DNA of 61,859 nucleotides, filler included, from Choristocarpus tenellus KU-1152 (lineage: Eukaryota > Protista > Phaeophyceae): assembly GCA_964200185.2 (NCBI GenBank). It is 8 parts of 8 records of this genome, joined end to end, with 100 filler letters (N's around TTAATTAATTAA, not from the genome) between each part and the next. Parts side by side here need not be neighbours in the genome. Positions count along the whole stretch, not along the records: positions 6,859 to 17,991 come from CAXNAD020002490.1; positions 18,092 to 22,749 come from CAXNAD020013591.1; 6 more parts are not named here. One strand, 5' to 3'. The notes beneath the pieces are model-generated. The model made no database searches. It had not been told where the DNA came from and saw only the letters and a list, made by a program, of their open reading frames with translations. Of this stretch, positions 10,736-22,502 are shown piece after piece (positions within the stretch are counted from its first letter, which is position 1; each line of letters opens with the position of its first letter). Position numbers and translations under genes: made by a program.

Positions 10736-12530
10736 TGTAATGGTCGTCGCTATTTTCACTTACCTCATTAGCTCCTCATCACAACATCATCACCTTCAGA
10801 ACACCATAGTATATAGGAAGCATAAGAAAAGTCGCTTTCTTTCACACATACAGGCATACCATGTGTCACATCAGTTCCCTCATTGTACATTGATTCAAGT
10901 CTATGTCTTCTTGTTTCTTCTTTGTTTTTCCCTTTCTTTTTCACACAAGAAGTTGTCAGTTGCATATCATGTGTTGATTATTATTTTTCTTGACGGGCAT
11001 TGTCCACTCATAATTCATCTTGCTCACTCTGCATTATGTGCAATAGACACACGCCAGGATGCAATATATACAGAGTTCAAAGCATACTTCGAAGCTCTTG
11101 TTAGCCAAGGTGACAAGCCTCTCCACACAGCATGCCTTGAAGCATGTCAATGAATGATCACACTTTTCACATCAACCATTATCTGATTGAGTAAGCGTGT
11201 CATCAAACCTACCAGAACGAATTCACAGGTGCTTTCTTGCACTAAGAGACACTCTTCTCTAAACGTGCTATCCACAGCACAGCCAAGCACATTTTCACAT
11301 CAACCATTGTCTGATTGAGTAAAACATGTCGTCAGACCTACAAGAACAGGTTCAACTGTGCTTTATTGTACTATGTCATTCTTCGTCACAAACTAGACAC
11401 AGCACAACTATGCACAACACATACGAACTCAGGTTTCAACACTGACAAGCATATCCAAGAAACATCCAAAAAAACGTCTGCAAAAATGCTAGAAATGTCC
11501 CCGACAACACGTCAAAATTGTTCGACAACGGTCTCGAATGAGTGACGTAGAAATTATTCAAAAATGAGCCAAAAAAAATTAGAGCGTTGGTTCCCCAACA
11601 CCATTGATAGTCGTTGAGAAGGAGGAGCTCTCCTGTGCACATCACCGGTCATCAACTTGATCATCGACGAGGTCGCACCTATGGAACCTTGTTCTGCTGG
11701 TTGTTCAACCTCCCAAGCCCATCCGTCTCCCTCTAGGCATTTTTCTTTGCCTTTAGTTCAGAGTCAAGGTCATATTATAACAGTAACTTGATTCAACAGT
11801 TCTTCGTGTTGATACCCATCTAAACCAAAACATTTTGTGTTTTTTTGTCACGAAGGGTTCGTATTTCTGGTGCCGTCGAAGAACAAAATTATCATGACTT
11901 AACCACTGTAGACACTACAAATGATATATCACATATTTTGCAGGCATTTGTTCATATTGGCCCTCAAAGTCCAACATTTTGATATGCATCCTGTACCACC
12001 TGGTGCAATCAATCTGCGTACCTCTACTGATTCACCATTGCATGTTAATGGATTTATTAGCTTCTCACTCAAACTAGGTGATATCACATCGCCTGTCGAA
12101 GCTTTTGCGATTCCCCAACTTAGTCTTGATTAAATACTAGTTGATAATAGTACTTAAGTTAGACCAAAGTTTTGGTTCGGTCGGCAAACTCAACCACTCG
12201 TAGGATTCGTATCAAGAAATACATTGTGATTATCCACTTGACCCCAATTTTTGATCACATGCTCAAAAACGTTGGTGAAGCTAGAGACAAGTTACATCAA
12301 GCATCCAGTAATACAAATGCTTCCAAAGATGCCATGTCCAATCAGTCACAAGTGCCTAAACTTTTATACCTCTACGTGCTAGTTAGAGGGTGGTATTTTT
12401 GTTGAATGTAGCAGAACCAGGCAGACGTACTCTAGTTGAAGCAAAATTCCCATATAGAACCTGGTACCAAGCCTATATTTGTTTATAGGGATCCGTGCTG
12501 GTCAAAATCCCGAACTCAAGGAGTGAATAT

Positions 12531-13178
12531 TGTGAAAAAATAGGACAATAGTAAGGTGTACCCTGTTTCTTGTGTATGTGAGATTATGGCATTGGATTGA
12601 GTTTATGTGATGTAACTAATGAGATCGCACATCTGGATTATGTATGGGGTTTGGTATTGCAATTAGAATTATCTGAGAGCCAAAGTATCTCAGAGGGTAG
12701 AGCCGTGTCCATTTGGGGGCCAAAATCCAATGTTGCAATTTTTTATGTAATTTTGGCTATCGTGTTTACTAGGAAGTGTCAGTATACTTGTTCCGGACAC
12801 ACCTTTTCATATTGGATACATTTTACCTACTCCAAAACATTTTGGAGTAGGTAAAATATCATTGAAAACCGTTGAAAGCCAAGCTCCAAATGGACAAAGA
12901 GGGCAAAACTTGTAACCTCTAAGATACTTTCACTCTGACATAACCGTTGACTTACATCTGAGGCATAAATAATAATATAAAAGCGATAAGAAGACACCCC
13001 ACAAGGTCACTCTTGTTTTCAACCTTGTAGTTGCATTCAGCAATGGGGAATCGTGTGAGACTCCATACCTTCCTGCCTTCACTACTGATCAAATATCAAT
13101 ACCTTCACACAGGTTATGAGCGTAAGTAGTATGGAGGCAAGAAAAGGGTACACCTTACTATTGTCCTATATTTTCACA
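12531..13178. repeat. About 42-bp inverted repeat pair (12531-12572 / 13138-13178)
   Basis: TGTGAAAAAATAGGACAATAGTAAGGTGTACCCTGTTTCTTG versus the reverse complement of CAAGAAAAGGGTACACCTTACTATTGTCCTATATTTTCACA. Confidence 0.8.
12677..12935. mobile_element. MITE-B
   Basis: GAGCCAAAGTATCT...AGATACTTTCACTC; TGA on both flanks. Confidence 0.9.
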
Positions 13179-14247
13179 CTTCCCTCATGAGATTGCAGGC
13201 AATTAAAGGTTGATGGGACTCTGAAACCTAATATATATATATATATCCATAGTCAGAACGAAATTCATCTACAACCTTGTCAACACCGCCTGTCTGAATG
13301 GTCCCGAATGCTTTCAATTAATATTACATAAATTTGTATCTTATTCTGCACAAATATATCCCGTGTGTTAACACTAGGGAAGAGAAAGGCGTCATTGAAA
13401 AACGTGCTAGTCCTTGGGGTAGTGGTATTACCATCGTAGCCAAGTTTGATGGCTCTCCACGTTTATCTGTAGACTACCCTTCAACATTTCACAAAGATCT
13501 TGTTGAACAGACTTGGCCTATGCATAATATGGAATCGCAAAATGATACTGTAAATGGAGCCAAATATGTCAACGGTTGTGCGGTTCAGATTGCGTTTTGG
13601 CGTATTCCATTAGCTGAAGTTGATATTGATAAGAATGTTTTTGTCACTTCCAGAGACTAATATATTTTAAAGAGAGCTTCATTTGGGGGATATCAAATGC
13701 TCCCTGGTAATTCCAAGGAATCATGTTCCTAGCCTTTGCCAAATTTGGACAATTTAGTTGTTTTGCTTGTTTACATGGACTATTTAATTGCATGCTCTTG
13801 CACGTGGGAAGGACATTTGCACTTCCTAGAGCAGCACTTCAAAGCTTTACGAGTACCAGCTTTAACCCTGAAACCGTCAAAGATTCAATTTGGGTCTCTG
13901 AGAAGTCCTTTGCTTGGGTCACCTTTTGCCGTCTGAAGTGATTCGTAAAGTCGAAGAGCGGGTTGGTGCCATCAAGTGTACTGAATTACCTAAACCCACC
14001 ACAACAAAAAAGGACTTCGATCTGTCCAAGGTACGGTAAATTTTGAATGTTAATTTTACCTGGTGTCATCGAATCGTTATTTCGTATGGCCAATAGAGGT
14101 GTCGATAAGAACAATGCTATAGAGTGGGGAATGGACTAGTATGCAGCATTTTTCAAAGTAAGAAAATTATTCACTGAAACCCCAGTTCTCGTTTTGATGT
14201 CAAGAAAGTGGTGGCGGAGAGTTTTTTAGTACGTCACAGAGTCAATT

Positions 14248-14718
14248 TGTGACAGTCGAATAGCGTGAGCTTCCTTTCCGCGTGCCAACATGCGCGAACA
14301 GTATACATATTATGTAAGAACTCATAAAGAGGAAAGTTGAATTGATAAGAGATGCGGAGTAAGATTTGAAATGCATACATTGCCTCACAGAATAGAAGTT
14401 AATCCCTGGGAGTTCCAGAAACGTTTTGTAATTTGAGTACGTAGACAACAGCTTGCAGTTGTCTTTTGGCTTACAGTCTGAAGAAATCGGGTGGATGATG
14501 ATAATATGAGAAAGGGCTTCTGGAAGACCATCCATTACCCCTCCTTCAGTTCTTTGATCCTGAGTGAAACATTAAGTCCAGCTTTGAGCTAAGCACCGAG
14601 TAAAGCATCGAGAGAAGAACGTCTCACACCCAAGTAACTGTCCCCATAGCGCCGTTTTAGGGTTGTTGGATTTGAGTTGCACATCCTCTGGAGGTGAGTT
14701 CTGGAGAATGTTGTAACA
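14248..14718 (+). mobile_element. Solo LTR inserted in the Gypsy pol
   Basis: TGTGAC...GTAACA termini; AATT on both flanks; related to 2164-2560. Confidence 0.8.
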
Positions 14719-15242
14719 AATTATCTTAATGGCCTAGTTATATCACTCCTTCAGCAAGAGATACAACGAAGGTCAGTGTCAGTATCCAGCTACATCAAGA
14801 GAGTGTTATGCAGTTGATACCAATATCACCCGTTGGTATGCATATCTCTGGGGTAGACTCCTTGCCTGCATTACAGATCATGCCGCATTGTGTTAGTTGT
14901 ATGTAGAATGTAGGATACACTAACATGCTAACTCGTTGCGCTATTGCACTTACTTAAAGATTACGATTTCACTGTCAATCTCAAGTCTGGGAAGCTAAAT
15001 GCGTATACCTCACAAGTTATCTGGTATGTTCAAGTTTGACGTATTCTTAAACAGGGGAAATCTGTTTCTCAAACGCTGGCACCTATCTGTCGTAATGTAC
15101 CCACTGGTAATCGTTCATTTACCACAAATGGTGAAAATGATATTCAAACCTAGAATTGTATGAAGCGTTGGTTCTCCTGAAGTACTCTGTGTAGATGCGT
15201 GAAATCTTGTAACATGAAGATGTGACCCAAGTGCACTGAATC

Positions 15243-15501
15243 GACCCAAAGCATATAAGAGGGTAGGAGTTTTGTCCTGTTTGTCCGTTCGGGGCTTGAC
15301 TTCCCACGGGTTTTTCATGCCCATATCCGGTTTCCTGTGTGAACACCGTTACCAAATATGTGTTACGCCTGTGAAAGGTGTGTCTGGAAAAAGGATATTG
15401 GGAACTGCTAACAAACACGGTAGTCAAAATTAATCAAAATCGTAAGATTGCATTTTGGACTCCAAACGGACGCGGCCCTACCCTCCAAAATACTTTTACT
15501 C
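15243..15501. mobile_element. Diverged MITE-B
   Basis: GACCCAAAGCATATAAGAGGGTAG...CTACCCTCCAAAATACTTTTACTC; flanks AATC/AACC. Confidence 0.8.
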
Positions 15502-15736
15502 AACCACTGGTGGAATTCAATGTGATGCATCTTATGGCATACTCCGTGAAGGGTCAACTGACTACTGTGAACCACAACAGTATTCAGTGTCATGTCCATC
15601 ATAGTGATGCATGCTTTGAGAGTAGAGGTTTTGACGATGTAATAACTCTGAGTATATCCCATCCTTCTGTTCCGAGGTACACCTATTGCAGCGTGAATTC
15701 AGCGTTAGAAGAGGGAGTAATACCTTACAATAAAAA

Positions 15737-16195
15737 ACTATAAAAACGAGATACAACGGTTTTGGGCGCCTTGGCAAGCAAGCGGAATGTTTCCTGGATG
15801 AGCTGGCCACGGACATGGTGGGGGGGAGAGGAGCTGAAGGATATAGCAGGAAAAGAGGGGTCAAATCCCGCCTACGCCAAATAGTCTCAGTAACAACACA
15901 AGCGACACTGTCTAGATGTGTCATGCGTTTCAAGATAGAGTCACCAGGGAGATGGGCACGGAGGGGTTTGTTGGATGCTTGGGATGCCTCCCTAGCTCCT
16001 CACCCTGGGGTACAGGAATAGGTAGATTGGAGGCACAGGAGGGTAGTCGTACAACATAGATAGTAGTGAAATAACAAATAGATTAGTGTTTCTCAAATTT
16101 GTTGTGTATTTTAGGGTTTATGCTGACATGTGAATAGTTTTCATTCATTGGTGTCCCCCTGACACATCTACAAAATGTCAGAGGGCATAATAACA
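15737..16195 (+). mobile_element. 5'-truncated CRE-like element (RLE C-terminus and 3' UTR)
   Basis: GFGRLGKQAECFLDELA...VKSRLRQIVSVTTQATLSR; conserved 3' hairpin and TAA tail. Confidence 0.72.
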
Positions 16196-16379
16196 TATAG
16201 TAGTAATTGTTTGATCTACAGAAGAAAAGTAGAAGAGACCCAAGTCTAATTCTTAATCGACTGATGTGTGTCACGTAGTGACTCAGATCGAATTATGAAG
16301 AATTCAAAAAATAAAAAGGTTTTAGAGAGATATCTAACATTTACTACAACTCTTAGTTTTAGAGATTTTCGGAGGTCCT

Positions 16380-16625
16380 TGTGATAGGGGCTTGTTAGAT
16401 TCTTGGGATGCTTCCCTAGCTCCTCACCTGGGGTACAGGACTAAGCTAGGTTGGAGGGACAGGAAGGCAGCGGTGCAGCATAGCGGGTAGTATAATAGCA
16501 ATTAGATCATGTTTTTGCACGTTTATGACAATTGTTACTTTAGGGATTTTTCCGATATGTAAATAGTTTTCATTGTTTTTCCCCTGACACATCTGGAAAA
16601 TGTCAGAGGGCATAATAATATAAAA
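16380..16625 (+). mobile_element. Short 3' end of CRE-like element
   Basis: Same 3' UTR blocks and CCCCTGACACATCTGGAAAATGTCAGAGGGCATAATAAT. Confidence 0.7.
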
Positions 16626-17170
16626 TAGTTGAGGGTGTGCAATCTTCCAAGAGATCAACGCCACAAGTAGTGGACATCTCTTCAACCAGAGATGTCACAC
16701 ATCTCTTCAACCAGAGATGTCACACATCAAAGACTCTCTTTGTTGTTGCATCTTGACTTTTGTGATGACCCCCCTCTCGTAAGATTCTCATTACTCCACA
16801 ATTTCTTGCAAGTCTTTGGAATGTTGCACTTGTCCAACCTTAATCTCGTCCTCTCGGTTACGGTTGGTCTTGGTTCGTCTGCTCCGTCGTGCCCAGTGAT
16901 TCTCCTCACCACTCTTACCTGAGAGAACCATGCCACCACAGAATCACACTATTCATACTTGGGCGATTTTTATACTAGAAGGTACTTACTTCTATACGTG
17001 ATTTTTAATGTATCCTCTTGACAAGTTCGCGCATAAATCAACCTATTCAATGTCTACCTCATATTAATCAATTACACGATCATTATCTCTTCAACAATCT
17101 TCAAAATGGAAGGTACATCTACACAATAAAAAAAGCAATGTTCTTGATGTTACCTTTCCTATCTAGCTCA

Positions 17171-17345
17171 GACCCAAAGTATCTGGGGGGGGGGGTCTTC
17201 ACCAAAGTGTCCATTTGGACCAACACCAGGAAAAGTGCACTTTCATTATCCATCCAACGTATGGAACCAAATCACCCAAAAATCGTGACATGAAAAATTT
17301 AGCTCCAAATGGACAGCCACCACCCCCCCCCAGGTACTTATCTCC
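17171..17345. mobile_element. MITE-A (right TIR degenerate)
   Basis: Colinear with 46-223. Confidence 0.85.
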
Positions 17346-17920
17346 TCTACGATTTTCAGAATAGAAGGTACTTCTACACACGAATAAAAATAATACTCTT
17401 GACGGGTTCGTAGTGAAAGTTACTGTGGACACCAATTCCGATCTTAGGTGGACATAGATAGTGAAATTCACAAATAGTTTCCGCGCGAATTCCAACGAAA
17501 AGGAACGATCCAACCACAACGTTCGGAAGCGATATACAACATCGTATGCGAAATTCAATGAGATGGATTTTTGAGGATGTTAATTTCGTCGTATCCCTTA
17601 TACCAGATGTTAGGAGAAGAAATCAACACCAATTGACTTCCTTCGTGAAGGGTGACCACGTTCATTACCTGACCGTACCAGAAGAAATCACCACCACTCT
17701 ACTTTCTTCGAGAAGGGAGACCAGATGCATACTTTTCCAGGCGAACCGAACCCAAAACACAAGATGTGTCTTCTCTCCCCCAATCGACTTCCTTTGCCCG
17801 GTTTGCAATGTGCCCACCCCGCCCAGTTGTGATGCCGGACCTGGAGAGGTGTGGGCTAACCACTGATCTCCACAATGCTAATACAGGGAGGAAGCAGGAA
17901 GTGAGTTTCATGGAAGAAAG

Positions 17921-17991
17921 ACCGAAAATATCTGGGGGAGGGGGGGGGGGGGACCACACCAGGGTGTCCATTTCGACCAAAATCAGGAAAA
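17921..17991. mobile_element. Partial MITE-A at contig end
   Basis: AAAATATCTGGGG...CCAGGGTGTCCATTTCGACCAAAATCAGGAAA. Confidence 0.75.
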
Positions 17992-18091
17992 NNNNNNNNN
18001 NNNNNNNNNNNNNNNNNNNNNNNNNNNNNNNNNNNTTAATTAATTAANNNNNNNNNNNNNNNNNNNNNNNNNNNNNNNNNNNNNNNNNNNN

Positions 18092-18161
18092 CATCAAAAT
18101 CACAACATTGTATTTTGATCCCCAAATGGACGCGGCTCTACCCTCTAAGATAGTTTCACTC
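18092..18161. mobile_element. Partial MITE-B at contig start
   Basis: CCCCAAATGGACGCGGCTCTACCCTCTAAGATAGTTTCACTC. Confidence 0.8.
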
Positions 18162-20737
18162 TATGTTTGGCAACATCCTTAAAATGCAACTCTGGGTACC
18201 TCTCTTTTACTTTGGGCTCTCGATTGATACACTTATATTTTCGCCTTCTCCCGACATTATGCTTCCTTGTGACCCAACTACAGTATGACTTGCCTAACAT
18301 TGTCTTTTTCTCATGCCATAATGTGTTGGAATAGGGAATTGTTTGCTGACATGATTTCCTCCATAGATTGTTAAATTTCAATTGTGCTCCAGAAGTTCGA
18401 GAAGTTTTGATGTCTTCCTATGTTATTCACGCATTTAGCGTTTGTTGCTAAACCAAACCCACAACAGTTCCCTTCTATTGGAACTCCAAACCAGGTTGAA
18501 AACTGCAAGTGATAATATGGGACTCCTTTTTGTCCACCTATAGATGTCTAAAATAACCCTGTAATAGAGAAATATATGTCTAGAAACATCCCCAAAACCA
18601 CTATCCATACACATGAAGTCTAGAAACAGTAAACATTCTATGGAGATCTGGAACTGTTCCTGGAATCCACAGTAATTACATATAATTTTAGTCCTCAAGT
18701 AATGTACCACAATAAATGGCCTGATGAGGCTGTAGAGCACCTCTCGATTCCATCAGGAATTTCGAACCTGCTCCCAACTGCTACTTATCCTAACAGACGC
18801 AGAATTCACTCCCCCAAATCGAATTCTGCCGTAGTTGAAGGGAACCTGCCAAACTCTCGCAGGTTTTTCCCCTTCAGGGTACTTTTGAGGCATTTGTCCT
18901 AACTTGAACGCCACGTCAGTGAGCAATAAAAACATAGTATATACTTTTTGCAATACCGTTACACTCCTGTGCCTGAACAGGAGCCCCCGTCGGGACCAGG
19001 AACATTGGCCACAATAAACATGCCTGGTAAGGAACAGGCAACCCCCATTGAGCCTGACTCCCCAGACACAGATCGTGATCCAACTGCCCCATGGCAGGTA
19101 CTGCCCCTGCGAGTGTACTGCTTTCACATTGCGCTTTGACTTCCCAGTAATTCTTCTATCCAGGCAACTTGACTGTAAAACATTACCTGCCTGCCCCTTA
19201 GCAGTCAAGCCCTCTAAGTCTGGTTTTTCAGTCACAAATCATGGTCTAACTGCCATGGGGCAGTTATCACGTTGTAAGTGAGGTACCTCGACCCGATGTC
19301 GTCACCATCCTGTAATTGAACAGGGTCCCCTCGGGGCCAGGAACCTTGACTACAAACCGTGACTTCCCTACTCCTTGCAAAGTAACTCCCTTTGGTCCTA
19401 GTACCACCCTGTGTTCTTGTAATATGGTCTCCACCCCTGCCAACATTGTCGGGTTCCCTCCACTAGTGGTGGACTGTTGCAAGGTGCCCCCCCTTCCAGT
19501 CATGATCACCTACAGCAAAATTCGTAATCCCCCAATTCCTGCCCCCCCTCCTGTACCCATACTTGTTGCCTTGTTAAGTCTTCGCCTGTATGCCTAGTGC
19601 CAAAGTCGTAACCCCCCCCCCCACTTCCTGGCCCCCTACCTACTCCTTGTGATCCTTGTCAGAATATAAGAGAAAACACAGAAGCTGGCGGGTCCTGTCA
19701 AATGAGGGTAGTTGCATATGGAACCAAACCCACAAGGAGCAGCTGGTCTGTTACCTCTGCTCCTACCCAGCAATATTCCAGGCAGGGTCAAAGTATCTGG
19801 GGGGGGGAGGTTGTTAGTGAGGGGGCGTCCGTTTTGGCCCCGACGAGGTGCTTACAAATTACTGGAATTGCTGTCTTCAGGGTGGAGCTTTTGATGTATT
19901 TAGAAATAAAATGAATTTTGGACCTGCGCTTAGTGCTTGAGTGGGTGTAGACTGTGCGATTATGGCTTAAGGAAGTTGCCGCTGGGTTCAAATTTTAGAG
20001 TTGGATGTGGTTGCTCCCGTTTGGATTGGGTATGGAAGAGGGGTCATTTGTTGTGAAAATCTCGCCTTGTGTTTTAGATGGTGGTATGGAGTACGAGATG
20101 TTTCTGCGTCTACGTTTTTTTAGCAAGGTTTCTTTCAATGGCCCTTATGTCCGAGCAACGCAAAGAGGGGAGGAAGAAGGTTTGTGGTTTGCATATTCCG
20201 GGTGATGTCCCTGGACAAATCAGGTGCACTTGGGATAGGGTTAGTTGTTGATTTAGACAATGAGTCGATTGTTGTCTTTTACACCATGTTGCATACAGGT
20301 TGGAGGGTTGGTTGTGTGAGATTGACGATCTTAGCACGGTGTGCATGGTTACGATGGGAAGGGTTCTGCGTGCTCCAGAGCATGCAGGGTGAGTGAAGAC
20401 ACAACCATTGCGCCGCAATGGTTGTAGAATGGGGTTATCACAATAGGGTTGGCCGTAGGATAAACACATTGGCTAAACAGTGGCAGAATACACCAATCCA
20501 GATGAAATCTAGGTTGCCACCAGGCCAACCTAAGCATGCATATGAGGACACATAGACACAAACTCTTCAAGAAGAGATATTAAAACCAAGATACCAAATT
20601 TAGAAACCCGTTGATTTAGAGAACGTTGGACCTCTCCAGCACAACATGTCTGTCGAGGCATGTGTCTGTTTGGCGAAGTAGAGGGTGACTCACGAACAGG
20701 AATTGGTCTAGGTAGCTCCTCAAAGCCATGTCTCTGG

Positions 20738-21591
20738 TCAGTATGGCCGCAGTGTGGGACTTGTCCAGAACCAGGCCCGTGTAGGAGCGTCTTGGTCTAT
20801 ACTGTAGCGATCGACAAGAAGCTGGATATTTCGCAAGTCGCCATTTTCCCATTTAGCCTCGTAGGGGTAGCTGACTCGCTCCTTTCCAACTTTCACCATG
20901 TAGTGGGGCTGGTACTTGGTCAAAGTCAAAGAATCTTAGAGGGTAGGGCCGCGTCCTTTTCGGGCCAAAATCCAATGTTGCTATTTAGATGTAATTTTGG
21001 CTATCGTGTTATTAGGAATGTCAATATCCTTGTTCCGGACGAACCTTTTCATAACATGTACATTTTACCTACTTCGAAAAACATTTTGGAGCAGGAAAAT
21101 GTCATAAAATAAACATGGGAAGCCAAGCCCGAAATGGACAAGCAGGACAAAACTTGTACCCTCTAAGATAATTTCACTCTCACGGTCCCTCGCATCCACC
21201 GATCGTCCCATCTGAAGTATAATTCCCTGCCCTTGGCACTGGCATTGAGTGTTTCTCCCTCATCTAAATCCAGCATAGCCCTCAGTGTCGGTTCAAGGAG
21301 TATATATTTCTCCGTATCCTTCTCCATGTCAATACGCTTCCGCTGGCGGCCAACAATCGACTGGCAGCGTTGTCCGACACACTGGGCTGCAGCCTTGTCA
21401 CTGTCCCTCTTATTCTTCTCCTTAAGTTGGTCGACACCCTCCTGGATCTCGTCCTCTGTCATGTACGACCTCAGTTGAGGGGGCAAAGATTTTTCGCCAT
21501 CGTCTGGAAGGGAGCAAACTGAGTAAATGTACACCGCTGAACCATCTACGTGAACATCGCTGACCTTCCCCTGATAGCCCCCCCCACTCAC
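20738..21591 (-). pseudogene. ORF of unknown function interrupted by a MITE, with a Tudor-like C-terminus
   Basis: Removing MITE 20923-21179 and one TSD joins the two ORFs in frame: KGRELYFRWDDRWMRGTVTKYQPHY...YPYEAKWENGDLRNIQLL. Confidence 0.55.
20923..21179. mobile_element. MITE-B
   Basis: TIRs present; TCA on both flanks. Confidence 0.9.
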
Positions 21592-21741
21592 GCATAGGAT
21601 GAAGCTGTTTCCTCAGCCGAACCTGGCATGTGATGTGTCCCCAAGTCTGAGTTGCCTTGATAAGCGAGCAGGTATCCCACCGAGGGGTTGGTGGTTGGAT
21701 TCTGAGATGAACCTCTGCTATTGACAGGCAGGATCGTGGAT

Positions 21742-21984
21742 GATTGAAAGTATCTTAGAGGGTATGAGACTTGCCCTGTTTGTCCATTAGGGTTTTTTAA
21801 TGACATTTTCATACTCCAAAAAGTTTCATAAGTAGGTAAAATGTGTTCGTTATGAAAAGGTGTGTCCAGAACATGGATATTGACACTTCCTAACAAACAT
21901 GAAGGCCAAAATTATATCGAAATCGAAAAATTGGAATTTGGCCCCCAAATGGACGCGGTTCTACCCTCTAAGATACTTTGACTT
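21742..21984. mobile_element. MITE-B (reverse orientation)
   Basis: TIRs present; GGAT on both flanks. Confidence 0.9.
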
Positions 21985-22133
21985 GGATGTGTTGTCCAGG
22001 TGCTTGTGATGACTGTCTGTGAAGTCCGGGATGATGATTGCCTGAAGGGGCACGTGTTAAAACATAGGTTACTCATCTGTTTGTTACTGGATACGATATA
22101 GTTCCACCAGTCAACACTGACTGTTAATTGGTC

Positions 22134-22502
22134 TGTTACATTCTGGACGTTACTTTCACTAGTTCGTCATCACCACATCAACTACAATCAGAACACCCTT
22201 AGTACAGAAAAGTCGTTCTGCGTGCCACACGAATAGTGTAGTATAGTGTATACCTCACTTGAGTTGTATCACATATTGGTTCAATTTGTTCTATTGTTCT
22301 CTTGTTTGTTTTCTTTCACTCTTTCTTCTTATCAGCAGAAGATGGCAGTTGTACGTTGATAGTTGATTGTTATTTCTTTCGTGACTGCCATTGATCCCTC
22401 AAATTGCACCAAGCCCACACCACAGTGTAGTAAACACACACATGGATGTAATATATTCAGAGTTAAAACCATCCACGGAAACCCTTGCCGGCCAAGGTAA
22501 CA
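22134..22502 (+). mobile_element. LTR-like element followed by leader sequence; related to 10736-11115
   Basis: TGTTAC...GTAACA; followed by AGCCTCTCCACAGAGCATG as at 11116. Confidence 0.55.

Larger units (their letters stand above)
10736..15110 (+). mobile_element. Decayed Ty3/Gypsy retrotransposon (putative 5' LTR 10736-11115; RT ~13370-13940; RNase H ~14770-14950)
   Basis: EEKGVIEKRASPWGSGITIVAKFDGSPRLSVDY, AFWRIPL, VYMDYL, LKPSKIQFG; QYPATSRECYAV and ITDHAAL; LTR-like block shared with 22134-22502. Confidence 0.75.
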
